The notes: generated by a model not told the origin, from the letters alone. A stretch of DNA of 64,000 bases from Patescibacteria group bacterium (GCA_018830045.1 JAHJTF010000020.1:4667-68666), one strand, 5' to 3'; counted from the stretch's first letter, positions 28,661-39,052 are shown. Made by a program: numbers and translations.

Positions 28661-29365
28661 TTATTTATTTTTTATAGCCACTGCCTTAGCTTCAATTATG
28701 TCGACCACTTGCTTAATATGAAGATCGCTGGTATCAATTACAGTTGCATCTGGCACAATCTGCAGAGGATCAATGGCTCTTTCCATATCGCGCTTATCCC
28801 GCACCAGCATCTCGTCATAAACCTGTTGATAACTGGCATCATGACCCTTAGACTGCTCCTGAAGATGACGCCGTTTAGCTCTGACAGTCTCTGAGGCAGT
28901 CAAAAATATCTTGAGATCAGCGTCTGGCAAGACTTTAAAGGTGATATCCCTACCCTCCATCACTACATCATGACTAGCTGCTATTGCCTGCTGTTTGCTA
29001 ACTAATACTTTTCTTAACTGAGGATATTGAGCCACAATGGCTGAATTTTTACTCACCTCATCAGTCCTAATCTGCCAGGAGATGTCTTCGCTATCTAGTA
29101 AAACAGTGATTAAACGCCCATCTTGTTGCGACTCTGAGGGATTAAGTAACTCAATTTTTGCTTTTTCTACAATAGCTGCCACTTTGTCCTCATCATTTAG
29201 ATCAATGTTATTGCGTAGGGTCAATAAGGCAGCGGTGCGGTACATAGCTCCAGTATCGATATATAAAAAGCCCAGTCTCAGAGCGACCAATCTAGCGACC
29301 GTACTGCAACCAGCAGCAACGGGACCATCAATAGCGATTTGAAAAAATTTGGGCATTTTTATCAA
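28661..29365 (-). CDS. cmk: Cytidylate kinase paralog with atypical P-loop
   Basis: IAIDGPVAAGCST, DTGAMYR, MEGRDI, RAKRR, RDKRD. Confidence 0.85.
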   Translation of the reverse strand: MIKMPKFFQIAIDGPVAAGCSTVARLVALRLGFLYIDTGAMYRTAALLTLRNNIDLNDEDKVAAIVEKAKIELLNPSESQQDGRLITVLLDSEDISWQIRTDEVSKNSAIVAQYPQLRKVLVSKQQAIAASHDVVMEGRDITFKVLPDADLKIFLTASETVRAKRRHLQEQSKGHDASYQQVYDEMLVRDKRDMERAIDPLQIVPDATVIDTSDLHIKQVVDIIEAKAVAIKNK

Positions 29366-30081
29366 GCCTTTCTTTGAGTTGCTTCTAACATCTTAACTCG
29401 TTTTGAAATTTCATCCATCACTTGCTCAATACTTAAGTGAGTTGTATCTAACTGCCAAGCATCTAGAGTGGGGCGCAGGGGGTCAATCTCACGAGTCATT
29501 TCACGAGTATCTCTAGACACTATGTCTGCTTGAACTTGCTTTTTAGTGACTTTTTCACCTACCTGCTTGAGTTGTTTTTGTTTACGCTTAACTCGTTCTG
29601 CTTGATCGGCAATCATGAAAATTTTTAAATCAGCGTCCGGCAAAACCTTACTTCCAATATCTCTGCCTTCCATAACAATTCTTTTACCATCACACATATC
29701 TTGTTGGAGTTTAACTAAAATTTTTCTTACTTCTTTGTGAATGCCGATAATAGAAGCGCCTTCGCCGATCTCTAGCTCACGGATTTTCCAGGAAACATCT
29801 TCATTATTGAGATACACAGACACAGGGCGACCATCTTTTTTTTTGCCAGCTGGACGAGCTAGACGAATATCTATTTTAGCCGCCAATGTAGCCACAGCTG
29901 GACCATTATGCCAATCAATCTTATTTCTTTGAGCTGCCAAAGCCATGGCTCGGTACATGGCCCCAGTGTCGATGTAAGTCATCTTAAGCTGATCTGCCAA
30001 CTGTTTGGCGATGGTGCTTTTGCCCGAAGCAACCGGCCCATCAATAGCAATCTGAAAAGATAAATTAGGTCTTTTTGGCAT
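29362..30081 (-). CDS. cmk: Cytidylate kinase
   Basis: IAIDGPVASGKST, DTGAMYR, MEGRDIG. Confidence 0.9.
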   Translation of the reverse strand: MPKRPNLSFQIAIDGPVASGKSTIAKQLADQLKMTYIDTGAMYRAMALAAQRNKIDWHNGPAVATLAAKIDIRLARPAGKKKDGRPVSVYLNNEDVSWKIRELEIGEGASIIGIHKEVRKILVKLQQDMCDGKRIVMEGRDIGSKVLPDADLKIFMIADQAERVKRKQKQLKQVGEKVTKKQVQADIVSRDTREMTREIDPLRPTLDAWQLDTTHLSIEQVMDEISKRVKMLEATQRKA

Positions 30082-30128
30082 ACATCGAACCAGGGCAGGC
30101 TTTCCTGTACTTTGAAAACAGGAGAAAA

Positions 30129-30368
30129 TTACTTCTTTTTTTTGCGAGTAGCACTTTTTTTGTGCTTGGGTTTAGACTTAGCTTGAGACTTCTTTGTCTC
30201 TACTATCCATTCTTCTCTATCTGAAGTTAACAACCCACCCAGTCCGACAACGATTAAAATTAACGGCCAAAAATTCCAGAATTCTCGGGGAAGCATGCCT
30301 ATATTAGAGGCTAAAAAAATAAACCCCATGATGACTAATGTGGCTGGCCAAAAAACGTTTTTGGGCAT
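30129..30368 (-). CDS. Small membrane protein (LiaI/LiaF-like, DUF5668-like) with basic tail
   Basis: FWP..LI..G, FWPLILIVVGL; AGGAG RBS. Confidence 0.7.
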   Translation of the reverse strand: MPKNVFWPATLVIMGFIFLASNIGMLPREFWNFWPLILIVVGLGGLLTSDREEWIVETKKSQAKSKPKHKKSATRKKKK

Positions 30369-30622
30369 AAAAACTCCTTTTATTAACTAAATTAGCATGT
30401 AAATTAAACCTTTACACGCACACTTATATTAAAGAGGAAAAGGAGCCAGGGTGCAAGGACCCGTTTAGCAGGACCCTTAGCTCCATTACATTTTTAGATG
30501 AGTCAAAACGCCCTGTTGCAGTTTATGATGCATATATTACCCGAAGATATTTGCTATATGTGTGTATATATGATTATCTATTTATAGTGCAAACAACAAT
30601 AAGTTGATAGTTAGGAAAATTT

Positions 30623-33280
30623 ATGACAGAGAATAATGACACCATGAGTTTAAAAGACATGGGATTTACTGCAAGCGGAAAACTATCAGAAGGCCAAGGT
30701 CTTATTGGAGTAAGACAATTAGCAAAATCAATAGAAAAAGGAGATTTGGGTAGACTTGATGAAAGCGAGTATCGGGGTGGAGCTGGATTTGTCGATAATA
30801 TGTTGCGCATGACAAAGGCATTAATTGGTCGAGATACAGTTAGCCAGGAGGTGCGCGAATTCATTGGCTGGATCAGAAAAGATGGCGCTGAAGATTATAA
30901 GGCAAGGACCGAGGCCTTTTTGGAGTTGAATGGTCAGGAGCAAATTGAACGTATGGCTGGTGGAGATGAAAACATTAAAGGAGCTCTAGAAACTCTTTTT
31001 GCAACTCATCAGCGTGGACAAAGTGGAGATTTGGCTAATTTTAAAGATCTATTAGGAGATGTATGGCAAAAAGTTGAAGAGTGGAGACAAGGTCAATACG
31101 AAACAGATAGAGAGATGATTGATGAATATATGAAAGGTGCAGAAACTGCCAAAACTGAAACATTTCATTCTCTATGGGAAATGTGGGATCTGCAGGAGAA
31201 GAAAGATTTGGCTAATCGAACAGGCAATTATATTAGGAGCAGCGATCACAATAGAGTAATCAGCCCTGCTGGAGAGCATGGATCAAGGAGAAAGGCGTTA
31301 GAGGGCGGGAAAATACGCAGGGCTTGGGCATTAGTGAAAGGATTGCCTAGAGAATTAGGTGAACGAGGTAATGCCTTGGCAAGGGTTGAGGGTGTATCCG
31401 AAGCACGTAATTTAGCAATCCAAGGTGGGTTAAGTGAACTAAAACACGATGCGCTGAATCGAACACAAGATGGGAGTCTTGAGAGAGCTGAGATGTATGT
31501 ACGCGGAGTTATTACTAGAGATGAGCTCGGAACAGAGCCTCGTCACTGGAGCAGAACTTTAGATGATTTGACTACCAGGGAAGAAGAGCGTGTTAGTAGT
31601 GGTGGTAAAAAAAATACGCGTTATCTCAGGCGTATTGCAAAAATGCGAGCAGGCGGCGAAGTTAGGGGAGCAAACAATGGTGGAAAAATAGCATATTACG
31701 AAACGTTGTATACAAATATGGAGGCTAGCGCACATGCCACATACGATAGTAAAAAAGCAGAGTGGAGTAAGTACGCACTAAAGCCAGAAGGCGGATTTGC
31801 CGCTGGTTTAATGCCCGCACCACTCACTGAAGCGGCGATGAAACTATCCGCCTTGGGAATAGATGGGACATTAAAAATAGTAAAAGGTGTAGATGGCACT
31901 ATTGGATTGGCAATCGAATCGATGGATGGAGTAATGGCTGATTGGTCTCTTGGACGAATTGCTGAAGCTTGCGTGGGAAGAGAACTTGCTGGAGAAACAC
32001 ACCAAAACTCTAGAACCAGAGAAACAGCTCGAGCCTTGCGAGGTGCCGAAGCAGTTTGGCAAAGATCAGCCATGCTCGCTGGACGCACTGCAGACACTCT
32101 CGAATTTTCTCGTACCTCACCCGCCATATTGCACGTTCCTGGTGCTTTGATGATAGAAGGCGCAGACCTAGTATTAGGCGGAGTAAGTGTGGGAGAGAAA
32201 TCTGGACAAATCATGGAGTCACTAACCGCTAGAAATGAAAGATTATTAAGCGCACAAGCCTTAATGGTCCAAGAACGAAGCAACGTGAGGGGCAACGAGT
32301 ATCAAGACGCAAGAGACATGGTGGATCAAGAGATAAATGAAATTTTTGCAGACTTACCCGAACAGTTTGAAAATTGGGAAGCAATGAATGAGTGGAAAAA
32401 TAAAAAAGCTTTGGCTTTTGCTAAATTTGGCGGTTTAGCCATTCGACAGCGAATGTTGGATGCTATTGGGAAAATTACTGATCCAGACCAAATGCAGAGT
32501 GAGTGGGGGAAAATCTTGAATGCAGGGAGTGCGAGACGTACAAAATTAGAAGTGCTTGGTTTAGAAAGCCATGATGGCAGAAGAATCAACCGCACTGAAA
32601 GACAAGTCCCACTCTTAGATCAAATTATCATTGCGAAGAAGCGCATGGCTGAAGGAGATGAGGGGTTAGCATCACAAGAAATAGGTACTTCCACAGGCTA
32701 TGATAGCGTTCTCGAACATGCTACTTTAACGGAATTAACCCAAGCCCAAAAGAGGTGGTTGGAAATCCAAAAAAAGCGTATGGACAGAAGAAGTAAGTTA
32801 GATTCCATGTGGGAAAGCTTGCCGAAGGCGGCAGGCGCTACTGCTGGAGCATTTGCAGGCATGTTTGCCTTCCAGTTTTTAGGGAACCATTTTCATGAAG
32901 TTGTAGCTAAGCTGGGTATAGATTTGGGAGATGCCAACGAACAATTGCGGTATGCTCAAGAAGCCTTAAAAGCTGCTGGCGATCCTGCTAATTTTATTAG
33001 CCCAGAATTTGCGCCAACTCATCAGAGTTGGGCAGAAGCTGCAGGACAAGGTCAGGTTGGAGCTATACAAAACCAAGCAGTGGAGCTAGGCAAACAAATA
33101 TTGAAAGGCAAAGTGAGTGAAGTTATTTCACATGGGATGTCTATATTTTCTGGTTTAATTACACTGGCATCAACTGGTTTTGCAGGCATGAGACTAATGG
33201 GCGGGGCGGCTACACCATTTATTGGCGGCGGGGTTGCCAGAATGACTGGATTTGTCGAAGAACAACCAAAGATACAATAA
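30623..33280 (+). CDS. Large hypothetical protein with C-terminal Gly/Ala-rich hydrophobic segments
   Basis: 885-aa ORF, no recognised domain. Confidence 0.75.
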   Translation: MTENNDTMSLKDMGFTASGKLSEGQGLIGVRQLAKSIEKGDLGRLDESEYRGGAGFVDNMLRMTKALIGRDTVSQEVREFIGWIRKDGAEDYKARTEAFLELNGQEQIERMAGGDENIKGALETLFATHQRGQSGDLANFKDLLGDVWQKVEEWRQGQYETDREMIDEYMKGAETAKTETFHSLWEMWDLQEKKDLANRTGNYIRSSDHNRVISPAGEHGSRRKALEGGKIRRAWALVKGLPRELGERGNALARVEGVSEARNLAIQGGLSELKHDALNRTQDGSLERAEMYVRGVITRDELGTEPRHWSRTLDDLTTREEERVSSGGKKNTRYLRRIAKMRAGGEVRGANNGGKIAYYETLYTNMEASAHATYDSKKAEWSKYALKPEGGFAAGLMPAPLTEAAMKLSALGIDGTLKIVKGVDGTIGLAIESMDGVMADWSLGRIAEACVGRELAGETHQNSRTRETARALRGAEAVWQRSAMLAGRTADTLEFSRTSPAILHVPGALMIEGADLVLGGVSVGEKSGQIMESLTARNERLLSAQALMVQERSNVRGNEYQDARDMVDQEINEIFADLPEQFENWEAMNEWKNKKALAFAKFGGLAIRQRMLDAIGKITDPDQMQSEWGKILNAGSARRTKLEVLGLESHDGRRINRTERQVPLLDQIIIAKKRMAEGDEGLASQEIGTSTGYDSVLEHATLTELTQAQKRWLEIQKKRMDRRSKLDSMWESLPKAAGATAGAFAGMFAFQFLGNHFHEVVAKLGIDLGDANEQLRYAQEALKAAGDPANFISPEFAPTHQSWAEAAGQGQVGAIQNQAVELGKQILKGKVSEVISHGMSIFSGLITLASTGFAGMRLMGGAATPFIGGGVARMTGFVEEQPKIQ

Positions 33281-33290
33281 AAGGAGAACT

Positions 33291-33659
33291 ATGACCAATA
33301 AATCAGATTTTTTAGATGCCTTACGATTACTCGTAGGACGCGCTGAGCTAGAAGATAGTGAAAGGGAACGAATGTTAGCTTTATTAACAGAAGGCCAGTT
33401 TGGTACGATAGAGCTTGATGAGTTAAACAAAATTGCAAGCATTGTTGAATCAGAAAAAGCCAATCTTGAAAGAGAGATTCTAGAGTCAAGTGACCCAGAT
33501 TTGATTAACGAAATGAGCGATACTGTAGAGGCACTTGAGCAAATAGAATATGACTCCGCCACCAAAACTTTTGAAGAATTAAGCGCTAGCGATAATTTAA
33601 ATAGTGCAAAAAATATATCTGGTCAATCACTGCTTGATAAATTTGCTGGCATCCAGTAA
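33291..33659 (+). CDS. Small acidic hypothetical protein
   Basis: AAGGAG RBS, 10 nt after the previous stop. Confidence 0.7.
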   Translation: MTNKSDFLDALRLLVGRAELEDSERERMLALLTEGQFGTIELDELNKIASIVESEKANLEREILESSDPDLINEMSDTVEALEQIEYDSATKTFEELSASDNLNSAKNISGQSLLDKFAGIQ

Positions 33660-33670
33660 AACGCATCTTA

Positions 33671-34123
33671 CTACCACCGCCCCTTCATTTCCCGCGCCGT
33701 GTCCCGCGCCTGAGCTTTTTTCTTTAAATCTTGTCTTTTATCGTGCTGTTTCTTGCCACGCGCCACAGCAAATTCCAACTTAATATTTCTATCTTTTAGC
33801 ACAAACGCCAACGGAATCAACGCCCGACCTTTTTGCGTGCTCAGTTCTTCTATTTCTGCCAATTCTTTTTTATGCAGTAATAATTTGCGCGTTCTTTTAG
33901 GATCATAATCGTGGTTATCGGCAAATTTATAGGGAGTAATTTGAGCATTTAATAAATAGGCTTCACCACTTAATAACTTGACATAACTCCCAAAAAAACT
34001 CCCACTGCCAGCTCGCAAGCTCTTCACTTCTGCTCCAATCAAGACAATCCCAGCTTCAAACTTTTTGAAGATTTCATACTCATAAGTAGCGCGGCGGTTT
34101 TTTAACAATAATTTACCCGACAT
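33671..34123 (-). CDS. smpB: SsrA-binding protein
   Basis: NRRATYEY, EAGIVL.G.EVKSLR, RTRKLLLHKKE, GKKQHDKR. Confidence 0.98.
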   Translation of the reverse strand: MSGKLLLKNRRATYEYEIFKKFEAGIVLIGAEVKSLRAGSGSFFGSYVKLLSGEAYLLNAQITPYKFADNHDYDPKRTRKLLLHKKELAEIEELSTQKGRALIPLAFVLKDRNIKLEFAVARGKKQHDKRQDLKKKAQARDTAREMKGRW

Positions 34124-34177
34124 GTTCTTATTGTATCAGGCCCTCCCAGTATAAGTGGCAAGACAAATATAGAAAAA

Positions 34178-36322
34178 CTAGATACTCATGGCATACACAA
34201 TCGAACCACTCACCGCAAAAACTTTTTTCAGTTCCTCACTCACAAACAGGGTGGTTGTTGAAGCTAACGAATCACTTTTAATCTCTTTTAAAAATTCACC
34301 TTTTTTTGTCAGTATCACTAGTCTTTTTCCAGCTGGCTCCAAAAGATATAAATTCTCTAGATCTTCGCTGGTTGTAATTTGCAGATTTTGTGAAAAAGGC
34401 TCAGCCAACCCAACAATCTTGAACTCTTGCTCCCGGCCAGAAGCTAGTTTATGCAGTCCGCCTTCACGAGTGGTCACCCAAACATCACCATCAATAGCCC
34501 AGGAAGAAGCTTGATGATAATCAAAACTAACCGCCCCACTCATCCAGCCAATAGGATCAGAATAACCTTTTTCTTGTTTAGCATAACGATAGATATTTCT
34601 CTTTTCAGGATTAAGCACATAGATATAAGTAGCAAAACTTTCTAGCAAAATCGCAGTCTTATTAGAATCTCCCTCGGCAATAATTGCAGACAGAACACTA
34701 TTCTCATTCCCTAAATCCTTTTGAAAAATTCCTTGACCCAAAACAGTGAGAGTTTGATCAGTTATTTTTAAATCTATTAAGCGTTTCGCTATAGACAGAT
34801 CAATTGCACTAACCTGCTTTTTCTCTAGATCTAAAACAATGGCTTGTTTTCTATCAGCATCTAATAACACCACCTGTTTGCTAGTTGCATCGACACTACT
34901 TGCCACAAACTCGCCGTCAACTAATCTTAAATCATAAAAAATTTCCAGTTGGCCAAACTCTTCTTGCCCTGAAATCTGATCAAACAACTCGCGGGCGGTT
35001 GTAAGCTGATCACTCACGAGTGTCTTGGCTTGTTTTTGATCTTTAAAATCTTGTTCTAGCTGTATAAGTTGGATAATTGCTTGACTCACAGTTTCTCTAG
35101 CTAAAATTGGATCTGTAGTAACCTGATTTTTGGCTAAGACTATTTGCGCAGTAATCGGAGTTAAAACGGCATTGGCGGCTTTGACTTGTTTCCTGATTTT
35201 CAAAGTCATAAAGCCAATCAAACTCACCATAACAATAATTCCTGCCACAATTGGTAAAACTACTCTGATGAGATGACGTGGGGATTGAGGTTTGAGATAA
35301 ATATCTTTAGCAATTAGTCTTCGCACTAACACTACCGTTGCTTGGGCAGTCTTAATCATTAAATTTTTAAGTCTAGATAATATTTGCACCAATTTAATTA
35401 AAAACTGCTGCCAGTGGATACTTTTCACCAAAAAAGCTATTTTCCCAGACAAACTATTGATTTTTTGCCATACTTTACAAAATACAATCAGCGCCGGATA
35501 AGGGGGCTTTATTTGACCAAGTTTAGATAAATCTTGCTCTGATAGCGATAGGGGTGCAGTATTTTGAGTGTGAAGAATAGATCCATCGGCATTACGATTC
35601 TTACCCGCCCCTCTTAAACGTAGGGCTGGAGGAATATCTAGGAGTTGTTCCTCTTTAACGCCTACCTCTACCTCCTTTATTTCCTCTACCTCCTTTATTT
35701 TCTCTACCTCCTCCACCACCCCTATCTCATCGGGTACTATCTCAATATCTTCTTTAAACTCTCGCCCGCCTGTGACAAAAGCAATACTAGATAAAGAAGA
35801 GTCGTCTAAACCATGCAAGCCCGGAATAATTGAGGTCACCACGCTGTCAGTATCAAAACCACTGATAAATTTTTGCTCGATTTCATTTAAAAAATCGCTC
35901 GCTTGAGCTGTAGCTAAAACTACTATGTCCCCGGCTTTGCGCTTCCCTTCAATAATTTTTAGATCGTCAAGAGAGCTTAATAATATACCTGTTCTATTAC
36001 TACGTTTTAAAAATACACTCCCACCCGACACACCCAAAATAATTCGGTTTGCTTTGAAAACCCCGCAGACTAACGTGAGGGTGACATCAAACTGCTCTAT
36101 CTCTTTAATCAACCCAGCCATGAATTTGTGGAGCTCCTGTGAAGACCTGGCTTGAGCTTGTGAAATTTGTTCAGTTAAATCTCGGCCGACGTTGCCAGCA
36201 TGATCACCAGAAATAGAAAAAGCGCACACTAACTGACCAGAAGAATGATAGCTTGAAGCCACCTGAGACCAACCACTAAATTGTGGTAAGCCTACGACGG
36301 GAGTAACGTCGACTTTATACAT
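34178..36322 (-). CDS. Membrane protein: PP2C-like-fold N-domain, TM, beta-propeller-like C-domain
   Basis: Central TM; IYVL..NIYRY, AIDGDVWV, LYLL strands; domain calls by resemblance only. Confidence 0.6.
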   Translation of the reverse strand: MYKVDVTPVVGLPQFSGWSQVASSYHSSGQLVCAFSISGDHAGNVGRDLTEQISQAQARSSQELHKFMAGLIKEIEQFDVTLTLVCGVFKANRIILGVSGGSVFLKRSNRTGILLSSLDDLKIIEGKRKAGDIVVLATAQASDFLNEIEQKFISGFDTDSVVTSIIPGLHGLDDSSLSSIAFVTGGREFKEDIEIVPDEIGVVEEVEKIKEVEEIKEVEVGVKEEQLLDIPPALRLRGAGKNRNADGSILHTQNTAPLSLSEQDLSKLGQIKPPYPALIVFCKVWQKINSLSGKIAFLVKSIHWQQFLIKLVQILSRLKNLMIKTAQATVVLVRRLIAKDIYLKPQSPRHLIRVVLPIVAGIIVMVSLIGFMTLKIRKQVKAANAVLTPITAQIVLAKNQVTTDPILARETVSQAIIQLIQLEQDFKDQKQAKTLVSDQLTTARELFDQISGQEEFGQLEIFYDLRLVDGEFVASSVDATSKQVVLLDADRKQAIVLDLEKKQVSAIDLSIAKRLIDLKITDQTLTVLGQGIFQKDLGNENSVLSAIIAEGDSNKTAILLESFATYIYVLNPEKRNIYRYAKQEKGYSDPIGWMSGAVSFDYHQASSWAIDGDVWVTTREGGLHKLASGREQEFKIVGLAEPFSQNLQITTSEDLENLYLLEPAGKRLVILTKKGEFLKEIKSDSLASTTTLFVSEELKKVFAVSGSIVYAMSI
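35666..35712. repeat. 18-bp in-frame tandem repeat (IKEVE units)
   Basis: CTCTACCTCCTTTATTT repeated ~2.5 times. Confidence 0.8.
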
Positions 36323-36345
36323 TGACCTTATTTTATCATACTAGA

Positions 36346-36564
36346 TCAAAGACTAACGACAAAAAATAACAAGACTAAAATAGCCAAACCAAAGTGAACA
36401 AAACCAATTATTCTCAGATGTTTAGAAAATGAAGTCACTAGAGATTTTTGCATAGAATAGATTTGTTTAATCACCACCGCTGAAAACACTAGATATAGTA
36501 CTCCGGCTACGACAAAGAGCAGTTTGAGAAAGCTAAAAAATAGTTCAGTTAAATCTGCTGGCAT
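36346..36564 (-). CDS. Small 2-TM membrane protein (DUF5657-like)
   Basis: Y..FS.VVIKQI..M pattern. Confidence 0.6.
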   Translation of the reverse strand: MPADLTELFFSFLKLLFVVAGVLYLVFSAVVIKQIYSMQKSLVTSFSKHLRIIGFVHFGLAILVLLFFVVSL

Positions 36565-37256
36565 TATTTAACTCTTCCTTCTAGTTTTTCACGTTCTTCT
36601 TCTACTAACATTTCATTCAAAAATTGAGTGACTTTAGTTGGGTATGGGACATCTTCAAACTCAAACTCTGTCCGTTCAGCCGCAGTTTGAATTTGGACTG
36701 TGCCAAAATCAAATAAAGATTGGATCACTCCACTATTCACAGCCGTAATATCTTCGATTTTATCTAGTTTGGCCGCAGAAAAATTGCGATAAATCAAAGA
36801 CAAAAAATCAATATCAATAATCCGCTCGTCTGTGACGATGTAAACGTTGTAAAACCAAGTCAAAAATGACTCAAGAGCATAGCCTGCGGTAATTAAATAC
36901 CAAAAGAGTTTAATAGCGGTTTGAAAATTCCATGCCAGTGCTCCATAAAAATCAACATATGAAAAAAACATGGGCATGATCAGCAGTGCAATGGAGATTA
37001 AAACTTTTCCTACCTGCGTGATGGGGTGCTTTCTTAGCAGTAGCAATACGCACTCATCATCAAGTTGTGAGTCAAAAGAATACACCATTAAGGGCTTGGG
37101 AGCATAAGAATCAAAAGGATTTCTAGAGGATTCCTCACGCCGCATGACTTCTGAGTAGTGATCAACTGCCTCTAGTGGTGAAAGTCTTTTTTTAACAAAA
37201 TCTCTAACTTTATCTTTGTAGACTTTATCTTTGGAAGCGTCAAATATATCAGGCAT
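36564..37256 (-). CDS. Membrane protein with bacterial PH domain
   Basis: LRKHP, YIVTDERIIDI, KIEDI, FDFGTVQIQTA. Confidence 0.8.
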   Translation of the reverse strand: MPDIFDASKDKVYKDKVRDFVKKRLSPLEAVDHYSEVMRREESSRNPFDSYAPKPLMVYSFDSQLDDECVLLLLRKHPITQVGKVLISIALLIMPMFFSYVDFYGALAWNFQTAIKLFWYLITAGYALESFLTWFYNVYIVTDERIIDIDFLSLIYRNFSAAKLDKIEDITAVNSGVIQSLFDFGTVQIQTAAERTEFEFEDVPYPTKVTQFLNEMLVEEEREKLEGRVK

Positions 37257-37276
37257 GTATTAACTATTATACCAAA

Positions 37277-39052
37277 CTAATCCTGCTCTAAAACGGCCAG
37301 AAAGGCTTCTTGGTTTAGCTCCACACTTCCCACCTGTTTCATGCGTTTTTTACCCTTAGCTTGTTTTTTAAGTAACTTCATCCTGCGAGTTCTGTCCCCA
37401 CCATAAAGTTTAGCTGTCACATCTTTACGATAGGCTTTAATAGTTTCTCTGGCGATAACTTTCCCACCGATCGCAGCTTGAATTGGAATTTCAAATAATT
37501 GACGCGGGATAACTTCTTTCAGCTTGGCAACTAGTTTCCGACCACGTTGCTCTGCTTGAGCACGGACTGTCACAAACCCCAACGCTTCCACTGATTCACG
37601 ACTAATTAAGACATCAACCTTGACCGCATCGATTGTTTGATAACTTGTCACCTCATACTCCAATGAAGCATAACCCGACGTTAATGATTTGAGTTTATCG
37701 TGAAGATCAATAATCACTTCAGCTAAAGGAATTTCAAACTCCAATCTAGTTCTGACTCCCATGGGATGACTATTGGTGAGCCGACCGCGTTTATCTTTCA
37801 CAAATTGAATAATGGCACTTAGATATTGATCTGGAGCGTAAATTATCGCTGTTGTCACTGGCTCGGCAATTTTTTTGATTAAACTCTGGTCAGGCATCTC
37901 AGAAGGCGAATGAATTTTCATCACCCGGCCATTGGTTTGAGTAATTTCATAAATTACTGAAGGAGCAGTGGCGATTAAATCTAGATCAAACTCTCGCTCT
38001 AAGCGTTCTCTAATAATCTCACCGTGCAAAATACCCAAAAAACCCACACGCAGACCATTGCCCAAAGCCTGTGAGTGAGTTCCCTGATACTGCAAGGATG
38101 AGTCATGTAGTGCCAACTTATCCATACTGTCTTTCAAAGCAGTAAAATCATCAGCATCAACCGGATATAGCTCCATGTATACCATTGGGGTTGGTTCTTG
38201 ATATCCAGGCAAAGGTTGAACATCTTTCTTATGATCAGCTTCAACGACCGTATCGCCAACTCTGACTTTTTTGATATCTTTTAAGCCTGTAGCTAAGTAA
38301 CCGACTTCTCCGGCCATGAGTTGCTGGCGAGGTCGCATCTGGGGTGAAAAAATTCCGATTTCAATCGGGGTGAAGTTGGCTGTAGTAGATAATAACTGCA
38401 ATTTTTGTTTGGCTAAAACTCCATCAACCACTCGCACATAAGCCACTACCCCCTTGTGAAAATCATACTTAGAGGTCATTACCAAAGCCCGCAAAGAATC
38501 ACTTGGATTACCTGTGGGGGGAGGAATTCTATCAATAATAGCCTGGAGCAGTTGATCTACGTTTTGACTAGTTTTAGCAGAAACAGTTAAAATTTCCTCT
38601 TCTGTAAAACCCAAGCTTTCCATCACCTCTAGTTTGACTGTTTCTAAATCAATATTGGGGAGATCAATCTTATTTAAAACTGGAATGATGGTCAGACCCA
38701 GACGTTTAGCTTTTTCAAAGTTGGATAAAGTTTGGGCTTGAACACCCTGAGAGGCATCAATGAGTAGTACCGCTCCTTCACCAGCCGCCAGAGACCGACT
38801 GACTTCGTAACCAAAATCGACATGCCCAGGAGTATCAATTAAATTAAGCGTATAGCCATGATAATCCATGCGCACTAGGGCTAATTTAATAGTAATTCCA
38901 CGCTCTTGCTCGATTGGGTTACTATCTAGCATACGTTCTGTGAGATCCCGCGCAGATACAGTATTAGTTATGAGTAAAAGCGCATCGGTTAAAGTAGTTT
39001 TACCGTGATCAATATGAGCAATGATAGAAAAGTTGCGGATTTTTACTGCCAC
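37277..39052 (-). CDS. lepA: Elongation factor 4
   Basis: IRNFSIIAHIDHGKTT, ERGITIK, DTPGHVDF, RKDVTAKLYGGD. Confidence 0.98.
   Translation of the reverse strand: MAVKIRNFSIIAHIDHGKTTLTDALLLITNTVSARDLTERMLDSNPIEQERGITIKLALVRMDYHGYTLNLIDTPGHVDFGYEVSRSLAAGEGAVLLIDASQGVQAQTLSNFEKAKRLGLTIIPVLNKIDLPNIDLETVKLEVMESLGFTEEEILTVSAKTSQNVDQLLQAIIDRIPPPTGNPSDSLRALVMTSKYDFHKGVVAYVRVVDGVLAKQKLQLLSTTANFTPIEIGIFSPQMRPRQQLMAGEVGYLATGLKDIKKVRVGDTVVEADHKKDVQPLPGYQEPTPMVYMELYPVDADDFTALKDSMDKLALHDSSLQYQGTHSQALGNGLRVGFLGILHGEIIRERLEREFDLDLIATAPSVIYEITQTNGRVMKIHSPSEMPDQSLIKKIAEPVTTAIIYAPDQYLSAIIQFVKDKRGRLTNSHPMGVRTRLEFEIPLAEVIIDLHDKLKSLTSGYASLEYEVTSYQTIDAVKVDVLISRESVEALGFVTVRAQAEQRGRKLVAKLKEVIPRQLFEIPIQAAIGGKVIARETIKAYRKDVTAKLYGGDRTRRMKLLKKQAKGKKRMKQVGSVELNQEAFLAVLEQD

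Noticed and set aside
30442-30490. Fluoride riboswitch
   Set aside because: ATGGAGC, TAAAC and GCTCCT resemble it, but P1 cannot pair, the CTRATG motif is missing and no fluoride exporter follows.
33660-34177. tmRNA next to smpB
   Set aside because: The intergenic gaps are too short and no tRNA-like ends are visible.
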